DNA of 64,000 nt, taken from contig MU006089.1 of the NCBI GenBank assembly GCA_010093705.1, positions 2,467,561-2,531,560 of the forward strand, read 5' to 3'. Every line of letters starts with the position of its first letter. The first letter of the stretch is position 1. The notes beneath the pieces were generated by a model. The model was not told where the DNA came from, did no database searches, and worked only from the letters and a program-made list of their open reading frames with translations. Source of the stretch: Patellaria atrata CBS 101060. Its lineage: Eukaryota. Shown here piece after piece: positions 11,732 through 23,233 of the stretch. A program made the translations under genes and the position numbers.

Positions 11732-13332
11732 TCACCGCAATACCAAACCGTCAATGTCGGCAGACGTAGGCAAACCTTCCAACATCTCCGCCATGACTTT
11801 ACCCGTGCCTAGGCATTGCGATATACCTAACGAATACAGTTTCAGTAATAGGCCGGGAACAGACGCAATAATAAGGTAGGAATGGCGGCGCCGGTGAACT
11901 TACCCCAAGGACCATGACCCGCGGCTAAGAAAATGCCACCCTTGCCGGCACCGGCGGTAGAGAAGCCGTTGCCGAGTTTGCTGTCTGGGATGCGGGAGAG
12001 GATTGGACGGCCGGAAGGAGTTACGGGACGGAAGCACTTGTAGAGGAGACGTTAGTGAGCATTCGGAGCTTGGACTATATGTGTAGAGTATAGATGGAGT
12101 GAACATAATATAAAACAAGGTGATATAGATTGCGGGTGAAACAGAATGGTGTCACTAACCAGACCTTCCCTCAAGACCTCCAAATCATCAGTCCCATCCT
12201 CAAGCCCAAGCATGCGCTTCCCAACATCTTTTAGCTGGGCAATCGCGTCCTCGTTGATCTTTGCGTCACTAGAGAGTTCGGGTAGCTCTAACGAAGCGTT
12301 ATTGAGGCCTGCTACGTAAATCTCGCCCCCGGTCCGGCTGAAAATCTCGGGTGAGAAACCGAGCGTATCGGTTGCGAAAACAGCATGGCAGCCGGTATCC
12401 TCATGCGCCGCGCTCCACCGTGGAGAGCGGAGAACGAGCGAATGGCCAGCGAGAGAGGTAAGCGGCAGTCGGACGGGTGATAGGGGGAATAGGGTGCTGA
12501 ACACCTTGGGACTCCAGGCGCCGGACGCAATCAAGATACGTGCGCACGGAACTCAAATTCGCGTCAGATGCCATCAAACTTTAGGTGATCGGGTTCTTAC
12601 TATCTGCTTCTGATCCATCATCGCGGACGATCCGTATGCTTGCAAGCTGATTCTTGCTATCTTTCAGTACGGATATAGCTTTAGCAGGGTGATGGACCTG
12701 AACACCCCTATCTTTGCAATGCTTGAGCAGGAATCGACATAACCGCAATGGATCTCTGTCCAATATTAGTGCTCCGTTTCTGTCAAGTAGAACGGATGGG
12801 CCCTGTTTACATTTGACCTGTGCTATCGTGTCCACTGATTACTTCAATGCTCGAACCCTTTCTCTTCGTCAACCAGACAGGACCTTTTCCGCTTTGCTGC
12901 TCATGTCCAGACTCCGGTAATGTTCGAGTAGGTTCAGCTCTTAACCAATCGTCACCTCTATGACCGGCTACATCAGTCTCCTGAGATAAGGATGTACCGG
13001 TACTGCGACAGTAACCCCATTTCTCCCTTCCACCGTGCTTTTCGGCCAACTCTTTATGCAACCTGAACGAAAGAGCACCGAGAGACGATACTGAAGGAGC
13101 GAACCCTAACATTCCCATCATCAGCGCTAAGTGTGAGACTGAGAGGATCCTAGAGTAGCGCACAATCAGCAGCCAGAAAGCCAGCAGCTAAACCTGATGC
13201 ACATTGGAACAAGTCAGGCAATGGGTCGACAAGATGTATGTTTTGTGGTTGTATGGTTTTGGATTCTGATAGATAAAATGCCGTTGAACAGCCTATGATA
13301 CCGGCCCCAAGGATAACAGTAGTACCAGACAT
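11732..13332 (-). CDS. FAD-dependent oxidoreductase (DAO/Tda3-like)
   Basis: TVILGAGIIGCSTA dinucleotide-binding motif, ASGLAAGF, GAWS, AAGHGPWG|IS..GTG at the C-terminus. Multi-intron. Confidence 0.88.
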
Positions 13333-14064
13333 TGTTAAGTGCAATGATAGAACACGTAAACGCTGTATAGAATATGAAAGTACCCAACGTGGAAGGACAA
13401 CAACTTGCAATCTGAACAGAGTATCAAAATATCCATGGAGTAGAGCCGCTTAAAAGAGAACATTAACCCTGTAGGGCGTAAGGCATTGGAGACATCTAGA
13501 ACAAACTATCAACACGTAGTAAGGTAAGATAATATTTTGATGATGCATAGCGACGACGAAGAAGAATTACAATAGTATGTTAAGAAGGAACGTGGGCCGA
13601 TGAATCGTATGATGTGCAGTTATTTTGATGCTTGCAGCTGCAAGTTCCGTCCAGCAAAAGGCAGTGGTGGTCTGTTTTTCTGGGATCATGAACTGTAACC
13701 GTACGGTAGTGCCTTCAAGCTTGAGCTGTCGGTTCACCGTAATTTTCTGTTAGCAGATTACCCAACTCCACTGTTAACCTAACTCCTTCCACCCCGCGCT
13801 TCGGTACCGCAACCATGCTGGATTAATAAAGATTCCATACGGTAAGGACAATCCATCCCACTTGCACATCCACCGCCAGAGTAATTCCGTTATATGAGCA
13901 GCCACAAACAAGCTGGTTTACAATACCACATACCTTAGTCACCATATCATTAGGTAGCCCTACCTTCTATACTTTCCCGTCATTTCTCAGCCCTTCTACA
14001 AACAAGCGACACTGCAGGTCGCCATTGGTTGCATCAACCACAGATCATCCTCCCGATCGATGAA

Positions 14065-15006
14065 ATGGCGAGCGAAGCCAAGATCATTATCTTAACAGGT
14101 GCTTCAAGAGGTGCGTCCCGTTTCATCCCCAGCTCCGAGGACATCTTTTCGTCCAGTACTGAGATTGACTCGTTCTAGGTATTGGTTTAGCTGTCGCTCA
14201 CTATATCCTCAGACAGAACTGCAAACTGGTTGTCGTGGCGCGCAGCAAAGCCCCGTTGCAAAAGTTGTCCGATGAGTACCCTGACCAGATTGAATATTTG
14301 GCCGGAGACATATCCGACTTCTCGCTAGCACAGAAAACTGTTGATCTAGCCATAGCGAGATGGAAGCGCCTTGACGGTCTAATTGTGAATCACGGTGTCC
14401 TAAATCCCATCAAACGCGTCAGTGATGTCGATGTAGAAGAGTGGAGAACAGCGTTCGACATCAACGTCTTTTCAGTAGTCGCATTGGTAATAATAGAGGG
14501 GTGAGAGGGCATTGAGGTGAGAGACTTGCTAACTGTTCCAAGGTAAAAGCGGCCCTGCCCGCATTACGCGATACCCGCGGACGCATTGTTTTAACGTCTT
14601 CTGGTGCAGCTGTCGGCGCTTATTCGACGTGGGGCAGTTACGGGGCGTCCAAAGCAGTTCTCAATCATTTAGCTATGACACTTGCAACTGAGGAACCTGA
14701 GGTCACGACTATCGCTATCCGTCCAGGGGTAGTCGATACGGAGATGCAACGTGAGATAAGAGAAGTCCATCACAGGGCTATGGACAAAAAGGACGCCGAA
14801 AAGTTTGCAAGTCTAAAAGAGAACGGTGGTCTATTGAGGCCCGAACAGCCAGGGAATGTCATGGCTCGTCTTGTTCTAGACGCGCCAAAAGACTTGAATG
14901 GAAAGTTTCTCAAGTACGTTTTATGCCCCCAAGCTTACTGGGACCATCATAGCTCACACACAGAAGCTGGAACGACCCTACCTTGAGCCAATTTCAAGAC
15001 GAGTAG
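14065..15006 (+). CDS. Short-chain dehydrogenase/reductase (benzil/sepiapterin-reductase-like)
   Basis: TGASRGIG, SSGAA, YGASK catalytic YxxxK, IRPGVVDT. Three introns. Confidence 0.9.
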
Positions 15007-15112
15007 AGTCTCTTAGAGCTATTGTTCTGGTTATAGTTGATGTTTCTAACATAAAGTGGTTAGCTTCTAAGAGCAGCGCAGTATCGCCATGGGAAGAAAC
15101 GGTTTGAAGGGA

Positions 15113-15208
15113 ACAATCAGTCGAAAGATGAAAAGCTGGATGTTTTGACAGCATGAGGGTGATAACCTTCAGTATTAACATGGAATATATCATTGTTACA
15201 TCATGTGA
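15113..15208 (-). ncRNA. Intronic box C/D snoRNA, snR53-like double guide
   Basis: Box C variant ATGATGT. D' guide TATTCCATGTTAATA-CTGA is antisense to 18S UAUUAGCAUGGAAUA (yeast Am796 register). D guide GCTTTTCATCTTTCGA-CTGA is antisense to LSU UCGAAAGAUGAAAAGC. Lies in intron 15242-15046. Confidence 0.85.
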
Positions 15209-15336
15209 ATATAACTGTACGAAAAGAAGAATATCTACTCACCCAGTGCCAATCTTTCAAAAACTTCGACTGTTATGCGCAAATTAGTAATGCACTCTAC
15301 CAAGCAATCATAGTAATGGGATGATATCGAAGCTAA

Positions 15337-15412
15337 GATGTCAGGTAATCGAACCACGTTTTGTTCATCATTGTTTGTCGGTATTTGATAGTACAATGTT
15401 GCTCATCAGGTG
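15337..15412 (-). ncRNA. Intronic box C/D snoRNA, double guide
   Basis: Boxes C TGATGA, D' CCGA, C' TGATGA, D CTGA. D' guide GTACTATCAAATA matches 18S UAUUUGAUAGUAC. D guide TGGTTCGATTA matches LSU UAAUCGAACCA. Lies in intron 15448-15270. Confidence 0.85.
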
Positions 15413-15762
15413 CAGCTCAGAGAAATAAAGATAAAAAAGCCGACGTACCTATGCTAACAAGCGCGCATGACCGCAAGTTATTTCATGTTGATAGAATTTA
15501 CTCAATTATTTTTCATGAAAGGGATTACATGTCTCGAGTAATAGAAGTGTAAGATCAAGGAAGGTTCTACTAGGTCATTGATTACTGGACAGCAGTCACA
15601 GTAATATTGTTTGGTAGGTAAACTACTTTGTACGATGAGAATTTCACGTCGCCGCGCGGTGTAAGACGATGACTGTATTATTCCACAGGGTATCTAGATA
15701 TCCTATTATCGGGTTAGCCCAGTTACAATGCAATATCAAGGTAACTGGAAAAGCATTTCAGG

Positions 15763-15857
15763 GTTTTCAGAAAAGTCCGTTTGGCAAGGACAGTGTAATC
15801 ACCAGAGGAGCAAAGCTCGATTGTAAGATAGGGGCGACACAATCGTTCATCATTAAG
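15763..15857 (-). ncRNA. Intronic box C/D snoRNA, snR60/U80-like guide
   Basis: Box C ATGATGA. Guide TCGCCCCTAT followed by a degenerate D' (CTTA) is antisense to LSU AUAGGGGCGA (yeast Gm908). C'-like TGATTA, D CTGA. Lies in intron 15894 to about 15703. Confidence 0.65.
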
Positions 15858-16188
15858 GATAGAAATAGGATGATGAGATTTGGGGTGAACTTACAGTACC
15901 GTTCTTGATGGATTGCAAGCAGATACCTTAATTCTGATGCTCAAAAGAAGTGGAAGTTTTGAAGCTTCTTGCGAAAACTTAAGCTCATTCACTAGCGCGT
16001 CGGCTCTGACGATATTCCGAGCCCCTCGCAACAAGAATGCTCCAAGCATCCAAAAGCTTCAAATAATGCTGCCTCCCCCATCCAAACTCAAGATGAGGCG
16101 TCGTAATTCTAGAAGAACCTTTCATATTTTCTTTTACAACTCGAACTTACCTTGAACCTTCCATTCCCAAAAGCGGATCGGTCCAGTC

Positions 16189-16921
16189 ATGTCAGATAGA
16201 GAAGTAGGAGGTATCTTACGGCACCTCTCAAGGCACCGTGCTTTGTCGCGCTTGTCTATGTTGAAAGAAATACTGATCACTTGATTCACTGTAGGCAAAG
16301 ATGACTTGTCATTACCAAAAGGTATAAGCTGGCCCCCTAGAATTTAAGTCGCTTTCAACTGCCTTTCCCACTTCACCAAGCTTACCCAGCTTATTCGGAT
16401 TAACAACCCCACCCGGTGCCATTATCGTGTATATATCATGGCAAAAGAGGCTGATTCAACTCTACCAACAGCAACGGTCCAAAAAATCATAACGGAAATT
16501 CTCTCTTCAGACCCCGGTGTCAATTTCGCGAAGGAGACCCGAGACCTTCTCATCGAGTGCTGTGTTGAGTTCATCACCCTCATATCCTCTGAAGCCAACG
16601 ACATTGCGGAAAAAGAAGCGAAGAAAACAATAGCTTGCGAGCATGTGAAGGCTGCGTTACAGGAACTTGGCTTTAGCGATTATGTCCAGGACGTCCTGGA
16701 TGTGGCGCAAGACCATAAGAAACAACAGGTGGTATGTTATAGCTCTGAGCCGGCTCGAACGAACAATAATCTGATCCTATCACCTGTTATAGTCGCGTGA
16801 AAAGAAACAGAGCTTACTCGAGCAAAGTGGTATGACGGAGGAGGAATTGATTAGGCAGCAACAGGAGCTATTTCGATCAGCGAACGACAAGTTTAACCAG
16901 TCATATCCTGAAACTGCTTAG
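16189..16921 (+). CDS. NCB2: Negative cofactor 2 beta subunit (Dr1), histone fold
   Basis: Spliced MSDREVGGKDDLSLPKATVQKII...ETRDLLIECCVEFITLISSEAN..KKTIACEHV. Exons 16189-16210, 16295-16321, 16472-16731 and about 16793-16921. Confidence 0.95.
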
Positions 16922-17343
16922 AGAGATTGCTTCGGGCAAGGAATTTTATGAAGTTGGGAGCAAATGGAACGGCGTTTTTGTATAAAATAGGAGCATGACT
17001 GGTTTTTCATCTGGAACTGCTTATTAAGTATCGGAGTGCATACTTTTTGTTAAGTTCCACCAGATCATGTACTGTATATCAAACAAAGTTCCCTCCTGTA
17101 CAAGGTATTACGCAGAATACTGGTGCGTGCTATTCTTTTTAGCTCAAGACGTTCTATAGTGAAAGTACGCCAAGCTGGTGACGAACTTGCCCTTGTTTGC
17201 CGCACGCGGTATTGTCTAAGGTGCCGAGCCAGTTCAACCTCATAGGTAAGGTACGATTACACCGCAGCCTCACCACCTAATACCACGATACTTTCCTTCC
17301 GTGAATCACATCTCTACAACTTACTTCAAACAACACTCTCACG

Positions 17344-18122
17344 ATGTCTGGCCTTGAAAAAGCACTGTTCAACCTTAAGGTTAGTGTATCTCAGACGGAG
17401 AGACGCATACGGAAGCCCCGCCGCTGATCGATAACTCGCAGTTTACCGCAAAGCAACTTAACAGGCAAGCAGCAAAAGCCGGTAAGGATGAACAGACGGA
17501 AAAGACCAAACTAGATAAGGTAAATACATACAATATCCGTTTCCGCTGGGGTTATGAACTAAAGTGTTTGCGAACAAGGCTATGGCCCAAAACCACCATG
17601 ATATCGCCCGAATATACGCGCAGAACGCTGTACGCAAGCAGAATGAGAAGTTGAACCTGCTAAGACTCGCCTCTCGCATTGATGCTGTTAGTAGCAGGGT
17701 ACAGACTGCCGTTACTATGCGACAGGTCACTGGAAGTATGGCGAACGTAGTAAGAGGCATGGATACGGCGATGAAGACGATGGATCTTGAAAAGGTACTG
17801 CTTCGGCCTTTGGATATCCCTTCTCTCGACACTTTCTGACACTTAATCAAATACGTAGATTTCCGCAGTAATGGACAAATTTGAAACTCAGTTCGAAGAT
17901 CTCGACGTCGCGACGAGTTACTACGAGAATGCGACATCATCTGCAACTGCAGTAGGGACACCACAAGAAGATGTAGATCGCTTAATGGCACAGTCTGCGG
18001 ATAAAGCAGGGATTGAACTCAATCAAGAGTTGGAAGCTGCTACCCCAGCTAAGACGAAGATTGGCGCCACAGAGCAACAGGAAGAAGGCCTGAGTGATCG
18101 CTTGAGAGCCCTGCGAAGCTAG
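17344..18122 (+). CDS. DID2: ESCRT-III-associated Did2/Vps46/CHMP1
   Basis: [52 protein letters not shown] (MIM1 tail). Three introns. Confidence 0.95.
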
Positions 18123-18665
18123 GTGCCGTTCAATATTATACTTTGGTGATGTAGAATTTTGGAGTGTTTAGGGCGTTGGGAGTGGTATGAGATGTGGGAT
18201 GCAATAGCGTGTTACGAATGCCGCAAGTTGCACTTCATCTCTCGCCCGTAATGGATGTGATCCTCTTAGGTTTGGTGTCTCCTAATCAGCCGAGACGATT
18301 TTTATCAATCAATGTAGGCGTTAACAGCTGATGAGTTGGCTGCATATGAACCGGAGTGTGAGTTGTGCTGATTTGATGGTTCAAAATCGAAGGTCAGAGA
18401 ACTGAACCTCCAAGATCGCGGACTTATCCCTTTCCTCAAAAATCGGCTCTGCACTAAAATAGTCAGAATTTGTCACCAAACTTGCTGATCGAGGTAATGT
18501 CGAACCCTAAAGCTAGTAGCAGCAGCCTTGAAGTGCTAATCAACTGTCAGATCAAGAAACTGAGGATCTGAAACAAGGACCACATATTAGTCTGATCGCA
18601 CATCCATTTCTAGAATTTTGTTTTATAATGCTTATGTACTTTATCGGCTCCAATCATAGTCACCC

Positions 18666-19900
18666 TCACATACCACTCATAATCATCAGTACATGTCTTG
18701 TCTGGCCGTTTATAGCTCCTAATCGAAGGTTGATATTACTCACAACTGTAGTATCATAAGTAATTTTACCTTGACCGCCTCCAATGTCATTAACCGTAGC
18801 TTTCAGTCTTTGAGCAATCTCCCTTCTAGTTTGCACGTATTCACAAGCAGATAAATCTGATGCAATTGTCTCGACTTTAATTCGAATTCTGGACAGGATC
18901 ATACGTATGGCTTGTAACTCGTTTAGTAAATCCTGTGATTGCTGACATAGCTCTAGGCACCGAGTTTGGATGAGATCAATAGTGGAGCTTACAAGGTTGT
19001 AACCGGATATTTTACTACTCAGACCGGGCAACTCTCGTTCTAGGTCCAATATTTGTGTTCTGAGAGATCCGAGTTGAGACTGAAGGGTAGTTCGCGATTA
19101 CAAAGATCCCATGCTTGTGAATCGAAGCCACTGTGTCGACTTAGTACCCGATTACTTTGATAGAGTTGATCTGCTAACCCAGATGCGATCGCATTACTCC
19201 AGCAAGGAATTCACCCGTTACATGCTTCCAGATGAGTTAGCTTGTGCTCATAGTATTACACTATTGGTCTTACGTTCGAATGTGTTTCACTCCTTTCTTC
19301 AGATTCTAGTCTATTGCTTTCGACCGAACTAATCTTACTCGAGACCCCTCGAATGTTCACTTCTATCGTGTTGCACTCTGACTTTTTACTGTCTATGGAC
19401 CGTTGTACTGTCTCAATTTGAGAGTGATGCTCTCCTTGTACATCTCTAGCTTCCATCTGCAATCCACCGACCCTAGCAGTTGAATAGTTTGTGACTTGAG
19501 TGTTTACTTCTTGCACAGCTTTCAAACTAGTTTGTGTAACTTCTCCTGCTTTGCGGAATTGTCCTTCCACTTTCAAAACACGGTTCTTGAGCTTTGTCGA
19601 CCTTTTTTGTACAATCGAATCTGTACGTCGATCAATACCAACACAACGCAACATGGTCTTAGCTGAAGTCCCTTTCTCTAGCCAGTATATCAGTGCACGA
19701 TCCATTCGGCTGAAATGGTCGACTATCTGCACTAGGCCTGATAGTGCTTCATTGAGGGAATGAGAGCAAGCTCCCTCATGTGATACTCGTATTCCGTAGT
19801 CGCTTTTGATGTCGATGAACGCCAAGTCGAGGGCTTCAATTTGTGTTTTCAGACGAAAGAGACGTGGTTCTGATATGCCTCCCGAAAGAATAAGAGACAT
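18666..19900 (-). pseudogene. Probably disrupted coiled-coil protein gene of unknown family
   Basis: Two long heptad-rich ORF blocks (19256-19900 and 18666-19090) are joined by a short intron-flanked segment that does not splice cleanly in frame. Confidence 0.45.
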
Positions 19901-20596
19901 GCTGAGAATAAGGGTCTTTACCGAGAACGGGAGACTTAGCAAGTATACATAGGTTCTTCCAGGAAGAAATGATTTCCCAGGATAGATATATAGGATATTT
20001 TTTACTGGGCTTTGGGGAAAGTTTAGGGCCCTTAGGATCATGGGCAAGCAGTGAAACATGTCCAAGTAACGATAAGGGGGGAAATATCCAGCACGTCTCC
20101 ACATTGCTTATACCAGATTATTCTTTCAATGAGAGGCAGGACTAGTTCTTCACCGGAAAACGAGAAGGCTGGAATATTCACACAAAGTAGGCTGTGTGAT
20201 GGCTTTATGTCGACATGATAATGTCCGGAACTGGAAATTGAGCTATATAGTTCAACGCCACGCGTAACTGGTAAGCTCTTATTGACCAATGAAGCAATTG
20301 AATGTCATTAATCGATCTTGTCAGAAGTTTGCATATCCCATCCTCTATCATCGATTAGTTACATGCCAAAATATCACATCCATCCGGAGCAAATCAGCAG
20401 CAGCGCCCGCCGCAAACCCGTACCGCACAACGACGAAGTAAACTCTATCTTTCGGTGAAACCAGCCACAATGCGAGAACTCGACATGCGGGACTCTCCTA
20501 TCACTGTACATAGAAGAAAAATAGACCCCAGAGTTTAAGGAGTCCAGCTATATAATTCTAATAACCTACTTCTCATTCGCTCTGTCAGCTATAACT

Positions 20597-22142
20597 ATGG
20601 AGTCCCTCGTAGTTCCAAAGCAGAAATTTCCTTTTTTTTCTAATAGCAAATTGACTATGACATCCCCAGATTCAGGTCAACTTGTCTCCCAGAATTGGAC
20701 ACCATGGCTAGTCATGGCTCCAAGGCTAATTCAGACTCTCGGCGTTTGCATAGCAGCTGCGTCGACTCCGAGAGTCTGCCAAATTCGCCTAGCAGGGTCA
20801 GATGTGAAGTATGTCTCTATAGTGTTAAACAATTGGAGAACGAGAGCTGACTGTCATTAGGTATCGTGATCTAGCCACGAATCTGGTCGATATTCCCAAT
20901 CAAGGTCAAAATGCTTTCTTGGATGCTTATTCTGACCTTCTCGATATCGGTATGCAGACGAATAGCATGGGTCGCCCAGGAGGAATAGTAAGATTCTATC
21001 ATATGTGAAGCCTTACCGCCAGTCATTAACGAAGAACAGTTCGATCAACTGAGCGAAATGTTTGGTGAAAGTCTACGGAACGTGCTTCGGCACGACTATT
21101 GGATCGACTGAAGTCCGATGTAGAAAAAGTGATGAAGAGGGTGAAAGGACAGCAGTCCAGTTCAAAGATTGGAAAAAAGACGTAGACAAGGTGCATCGGG
21201 CGCTTAATGCTACTCAAAGTATGCTTCCAAGAAAAGTCCATAGTTCAAAGCTAAAGGTTGACTCCTCACTATAGGTGAAACATCAGCAAAGTACCTGGAA
21301 GCAGAAGAAGAACTAAAAGCGATCAATAAAGAACTTACACTGCAGCAAGCCGTAATGACATCAGTTCAAGGTGATTTGAATCTTGCAAAGGACGAACAAG
21401 ATCGTCTGAGAGGCATTCACAAAGAGGGAGGATGAACTCAACATATACCGTAAGCCATACCGTTTGCTACATCTTTCAAGTCCGGAACTAATATATAAAC
21501 TTAGATGCAACAGGAACTATGATGTCTTTCGATCTTGGATGGGCTACTTTAGGTGCACTTGTCGCTACAGGGTCATCGGCCTACAGACTTTCAATTGCAA
21601 CTGAGCAAGTCGCGCAAGCCGAGAGAGTACTAGGTCAAAAGCGAAGTACCGCAATGGAGATGGACTTTAACCCTACTAAAGTGAATCTGGACCTTCAAGG
21701 CACAGAAGCAAAGTAAAGAACACTCGTAAGACTGTTCTACCAAGTCTTCAATCAAATCATTTGACATATCTTCTAGGATGAAGTCCTATTGGACATCGCA
21801 AGAGTTCTGCGCTTACTCCAAGGTCTTTGTAGTGATATTGTGTCTCTCATCGCGAATGAACACCTTTATCACAGCTTTAGTAGCCGAGCATCGGCTTCAT
21901 CAGGATACTGCCAGAAGTATAGCCAACGATCTGGCAGACGGCGATCAACCGTCAGCGTTTGACTACAACAGTTTCATAACGATATAGTAGAGATGAGGCG
22001 GGTCACTTTAACCATAGACTCGCTCGCGTCGCTTTATTCCTCGGTGATTACGGATATCATCAACCCGGGGTTCGAAAAGGTCGTTCAAGCAAGCCATGGG
22101 GATGTTACAGGACAGGTTACAGGCCTCATCGTAGCTTCTTAA
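20597..22142 (+). pseudogene. Disrupted all-helical/coiled-coil protein gene with a central hydrophobic segment
   Basis: Intron-bounded exons are readable (QNWTPWLVMAPRLIQTLG.., K|YRDLATNLVDIPNQGQNAF.., LGWATLGALVATG) but carry frameshifts and in-frame stops (TGA about 21433, TAA about 21714). TATA near 20549. Confidence 0.55.
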
Positions 22143-23233
22143 TCAGGCTGGTATGACGGAGTACCTCGTAGCCGCTGAGAATGATTGCAAATTGAAATCT
22201 CTGGAAGCAAACCGTGCGTTGATTGTGAGATGATGAGAGATCGATGAAAGTGAGGGGGTTGAGAATAGGAGAGCAGAAAGGAATTGGAAGAGCACTAGAG
22301 TACCAGGACGAGGAGATGATCGATCACAAGAGAGTAGAAGTCGATAGTCTAAATGGAATCCGCTCAGGAATTAAAGGTAACTCAACTCTTACATACAACG
22401 GGAATCTTGTTTGCTCCCCTTGAGACATTGTTATGTTACTTTATTACATATACTGTTATTACGGACACTTACAACGGTTTCTGGACTCTCTACAATGGAT
22501 TTATTTCTGCTTATGGGACAAGCTCTTTGCGGATGCTTGTCCTTGACTCGGCGCTCATATGTTGGCGGCTTGGTGAGGCTTCTCTTCACCTCGTAAAGAG
22601 GGTTGCAGCTATGAAGTAGCATGTGAGTCAGCCAAAGATCTCGCCTCTACCTTACTGTTAGCTGTGGCGGTGCACTTGTGACTGCTGGTGCTGGCTGGCT
22701 CTTTAACTACCACCGGCTCTTACTGAAGTGTCGTTTCATAATCTCGCTCCAACGCTCTCGCCGATTCTGAGTTTCTCATTGTTAGCAGAGAAAGGGAAAA
22801 TTGGGAAGTGACTGGCAATGTGACAGTATACATACAAATGTCAGAATGTGCCTAAACCCATCAAGCGGTTCCGGGTTTCTTGTTCACGGTATTTGCTGGA
22901 ATTGAATAGCAAAGTTCCGGTTATTACCTACGTAGAACTACCACAACCTAAAATATATCAGTCGTCATCACTTACCAGGACATCTTTCATCTGATGCTTC
23001 ACAAGGAAAATTGAATGCTTGTTTGAGAGGACTGCGAATGACGGTGGCTTGGTCGGAAGTCTTGACATGCGTAAGCCCCCCGCGCTCACCGCGTTTCATA
23101 GGTCCTACGTCTATCACTATCTTAGTGCGATTTGCCTCACCTTCCAAGTCCATTTATCACCGTCTCTTCCGCTGCAATCTTTCTGCTACTTCTTACATTC
23201 CAACTTCCACCCCGCAGAACACTGCACACATCG

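Noticed and set aside
15361..16155. Short plus-strand ORFs (63-80 aa)
   Set aside because: No recognisable motifs; the region is better explained by minus-strand snoRNA introns and the NCB2 upstream region
17458..17991. 177-aa minus-strand ORF
   Set aside because: Antisense shadow of DID2
22353..22619. 88-aa hydrophobic ORF
   Set aside because: No recognisable family or supporting signals; cannot be called
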